Origin: Microthyrium microscopicum
Taxonomy: Eukaryota
Assembly: GCA_010405405.1 (NCBI GenBank)
Contig: MU004244.1
Location: 561,895-625,894, forward strand
Length of the DNA stretch: 64,000 bases
Direction: 5' to 3'
This document shows, in pieces, positions 60,225 to 64,000 of the stretch. The notes beneath the pieces are model-generated. The model was given only the letters and a program-made list of their open reading frames with translations. It did no database searches and was not told the DNA's origin. The translations under genes were made by a program, and so were the position numbers. Each line of letters opens with the position of its first letter. Position 1 is the first letter of the stretch.

Positions 60225-63130
60225 TTAATCAAGGTAGTCCCACCAGTCAGAAGAACGTTCACGCTTCCATGCTTGTTGTAATTCGTCACGACACTTCTGA
60301 ACAATCTCCTGCACATCCTCTTTCTCAATGGAGACAAGGTCATAGTAAAGGCCTTTGGAGACAGTCTGAAATATATATAAATCCCCTCTGAAATCGGTCG
60401 ACGGTTCTTTAAGATCATACTCATGATTGTGAAAGTCCTTAATCAAGTCGCAGTACCATTTGTTGTCCAGTGTGAACGCTTGGCGACGTTCTGCACAGAT
60501 GGTTATTGTTCTTTCCTCGAAGTCTGTTTTCTCTGAAACCAAGACCTTCGAGTATTGTATGTAGTTGGTAACAGGAAGCTTGATTCCAGTGAGATGAATG
60601 TCTCTAGTCAACCAAAGCAGCGGTATTGGCTCATCATCGTGATTCATGCAGATGTCGACAACCTCTCTCGCTGGTAAGCCGCCTTCAACTGGTATCCGAA
60701 TCACGCCACCGCTGTGTATTGTGTGCTCAAAGTATTTTTCTATTTTCCTGTAAGAAACGCGAATGTTTCGTCTATTCATCAATTCGCCATCCGGATGTGT
60801 CTCAGCATAACTCAAAGCTCCAGAAAAGCTGTAATCACGGTCAATCGAGCGCCGGAGTACCCTTTCAATGACATGGTCCTGGTTTTTCTTCAAGGCAAGC
60901 AGAAGCTGGTAGTGATTTTCAGTTCCTGTTTTTCCGAAGCTGAAAGGAAAGGCGCATGCTGACCACAGGTTGGCGTGCGTATCTCTTGTTCTAAAACGCG
61001 TTCCAATCAAGATGCCCCAGCAGGTGAAGCAGGAGAGCTTGCTACAGCCAATGTAATCGTAAACGTCGGCATCATCCTATAGCTCGTTAGTTCAAGACCA
61101 TGGGGCTGTTTTAGGCCATGCTATCAAAGGCAACTGCGCTGCACGAAAAACCAAAGTCTTTCCTGTGTATAACCAGAGCGCACCTGTAGAAGAAATTGCA
61201 CATCAAGGTAGCCATCGAGTGCTACGAAAGCTATGAAGCCCTGTGTGGTATCTCAACTAAGGTGAAAAGTGGAAAGGTGGGAAAAGACCGGGATTCTTGC
61301 TAAGTTCAATAAGATAATGCAGTGGCCATCGAACGCGATGGGAGACATCAAGTGCTTCGATGTCATGGACCTTCTTATCAATTGACCAAGAAGCGGTTGG
61401 GAGGTACGTAGGTACCTCATGTAGTATGTATTTACGGGAGTCCTACCAGAAATTTGTCCAGGATCTGAAGTTCGCAATGGAAATAGCGATGGATATCTGG
61501 CTTATTGACCAGACTTTTGGCAGTTTCTGTTGCCTCCTTTCGAAATTGCCCGTTCTTCGAAGCTTTAGCCCAACCTTCCAGCTTATTCGCAATGGCCATG
61601 TTGTCCTCTAGTGTCAAGTCCGGGGGTGGTATTGGCTCCGCAAAGTTAAGCTTGATTCCTCTGCCTTGCGAGACCTTGAGCTTTTCTCGGAAGTTTAAAA
61701 AGCTTTCAATAGCTTTAGGTACAGTTCCTAGTAATCTGAAAGGAGTCAGTATCAATGTCGGTAGAATGGTATTTCACTCGATTGGTCAAACGCGGTATAT
61801 TAATCGCAATACACAACAGCCCGTGAATGGTAAAGTGTCATCATATAGAAAGGATACCAACAGATAGGAGACAAGATGTGCTTCAAAGACACCCAAGCTT
61901 CTTGGTGTGACAATGAAAAGACATGGAAGCCGGGAAGAGGCATTTCTCGTAAACTGTAAGAACTTAAGGAGAGCATGTTGTGCGAACCATAGATTTTACA
62001 GCAACATAAGATGTTCAACGTCATGGTAGTTTATCAACGACAATCCAGATGTGTTTCCACTCTTGCGGTACTTACCTCACGGCTGAGAGGAGTTTACAAA
62101 ACGTCCGAACGAGCGCAAGCTGATTCTTACAGTTGTCCAAATCTTGCAACAGCCTAGGTGTGGCATAGGAATCTCGCTCAATATTGGGGCGTAAGACATT
62201 ATCATGGGCCTTTTTGAGTTCGCTTTGAGAAAAGCTAGTCCTGTCGGTACAAAGGGACTCAATGTCGTTCCAATCAAGATTGAATTTGTCAGGGTCCACC
62301 AATTCATCTTGGAAAATCCGGGATAGCAACTCGTAGGACTTCTGTATACCGGCAAGGTCCTTTTCAATCTTTTCAGGGTCGTCTAACTTTTGAGCGCCTC
62401 TGTGGGTCTTTGTCGGCGGGTCCTCGTTTACCAAGTTTTCTGGCTCAGTGTCGAGAGTTGGCCCCTTGCAAATATCTTTCCATAACAACCTGATACTGCT
62501 GGCATAGCTATTTTGGCGGTCACGCCAGAAGTACCTCATGTCAGATAACATGGAAGCAGGATCATTATTCCATTGTGAAGCAGGTGAATCATGCGAAGCC
62601 GGTAGGTCTTTCTGATTGAACCAAGCTTCAAGCCTTTCCCTAAACATGTCGTCCTCCTCTTCCGGCCCATCATTTTTTGCAATCCATAGCTCTTGTTTAG
62701 AGCCAGATAGCCTCAATGCCGTAGCAGTGACATGTTTGGCTGGTCTGTCAGTCAGTTTGACCCTTGCAAAGAGTAAAGCAAGGTAATCGAGCATCTCCCG
62801 TTCTACCTCTCCTGCTGTGAGACCACCATTCATCTCCTTTTGTGAGTGCTTTAGAGTTGACCGGAAGCCTTGATTTTTTTCTTGGCGGCGCAGATATTGG
62901 GCTGCTGCATAATATCCAAACTTGTCAAAACCTGGCAAATTCCAGACGAATTCATCGTTCTTCTCGGCTTTTGGTCTTCCTGCTTGAGGTTCTTGTCCCT
63001 GGAGAATGATTAGCCTTGCTCTGTTGCGATTTGGATCAAGGTTTAGGTGTGGCATAACAGGCTGTCTCACGTTGTTTAGAGATCGCTTTTGCTCCTCCGG
63101 ATTCTTCGGATCCCTGGATTTCTTTGGCAT
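60225..63130 (-). CDS. OTT_1508-like nucleic-acid/nucleotide deaminase with additional C-terminal domain (731 aa, 3 exons)
   Basis: Exons 63130-62076, 61735-61447 and 61076-60225 join in frame (2196 nt). Motifs: MLDYLALLFAR...HVTATAL...LWIAKN; FHCELQIL; YIGCSKLSCFTC; TRDTHANLW...FP. Confidence 0.85.
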
Positions 63131-64000
63131 TATAACGGCCTAGGTAGGTCGGTATGTTTCAGATTGTCATGTGTCGGTAGTTCACCAAGTTGCTCGAGAG
63201 ACGTTCCTTTGAAATCTGCGGTCTGGTCGCACATCAAAGCAGACTGTTTTATACTACAAAAGTGCCGTGATCAGGCTGACATGGGTGTCCAGAGATGGCC
63301 GATTTAGTCAAAGGCTGCATGAAGGCGTAAGATTCTGCATACTGCATGCGCTGCGCCTCCAGTACTTTGTATCCAGCCGTGCTAGCATACATCACTTTGT
63401 CGTAGACTTGATGGCACAATAGTATGAAAATGCTGGTTACTAAATTCCTGCTTTACTTTTTAGCTTTGCTGCCTGTTCAAATGTTGGTCTAGATGCTACA
63501 TTTGAACTGTGAGCATATTTACATTAAGTACCTACGGTATGTACCCTATTTCAGATCTTTCAGACTGTGCCGAAAAGAAACTGCAACTACATATCTCCAG
63601 CACGCAGCTATATTGGAATGCTGTCACCATCTTCAGTTCTCTTGGGCCTTTCTACTCATCTTATAGCACCAGTTGGATCTCCTATGTTCCGCCATCGAGC
63701 TCTTCGTTATAATTTCGTGCCTGATCTCACGAGTATTTACTACGAGATATATCTTTGAGCTTACTCAAGCATTACTCTACACAACCACAAGCCGAGCAAC
63801 CCCGAGTTATCGCATCATCTTCTCCCCAGTATCATCTTCTCGAAGATCCCATCCCTCCTTTTACCATCAAAAAAAAAAAGAAACCGTGGAACAAATCAGT
63901 CTCTGAAGGAGTGCAGTATCAATTATCAACGCAATAGTAGTAAACCCCAATGATAACTCACAGCTTACTACCTAGTCTTACCTAAAGACAGCTCTAGATT

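Noticed and set aside
61746..61844. Possible intronic C/D-box snoRNA (minus strand ATGATGA...CTGA)
   Set aside because: The CTGA is the intron branch point, there is no terminal stem, and no guide complementarity was recognised.
63131..64000. Short overlapping plus-strand ORFs at the window end
   Set aside because: No recognisable motif or consistent exon structure.
1..64000. Transposons, RIP-degraded AT-rich blocks, rRNA, CRISPR or telomeric arrays
   Set aside because: No transposase/RT motifs, terminal repeats, strongly AT-rich tracts or periodic arrays were seen by eye. Small MITEs or solo LTRs cannot be excluded without a genome-wide repeat search.

Overview
Gene-dense filamentous-ascomycete (Pezizomycotina, Dothideomycete-like) genomic DNA with short GT-AG introns and CTRAC-type branch points. 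About 25 intact protein genes and two disrupted ones were assembled by hand. Housekeeping genes: POT1-type OB protein, NDK1, glucosidase II alpha, nitronate monooxygenase, OSCA/TMEM63 channel, mitochondrial NAD+ carrier, QCR7, SWIM-RING protein. Secreted or CAZy-type genes: tyrosinase, two GH43s, a GQSCGG esterase, an AA9 LPMO. Accessory, possibly non-self/defence genes: an intact HET-domain gene, a hidden HET pseudogene, a frameshifted pseudokinase, a head-to-head pair of RBR E3 ligases, an OTT_1508-like deaminase, and a tandem pair of orphan paralogues (helical N-domain plus PH-like domain, both ending MNPP[KR]WRS) that only appears after splicing. Also notable are a 6-nt micro-exon and a protein that combines a GATA-like finger, a degenerate bHLH and a C2H2 module. 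No rRNA, convincing tRNA, CRISPR array or transposon was found. All calls come from reading motifs and splice signals by eye; no searches were run.
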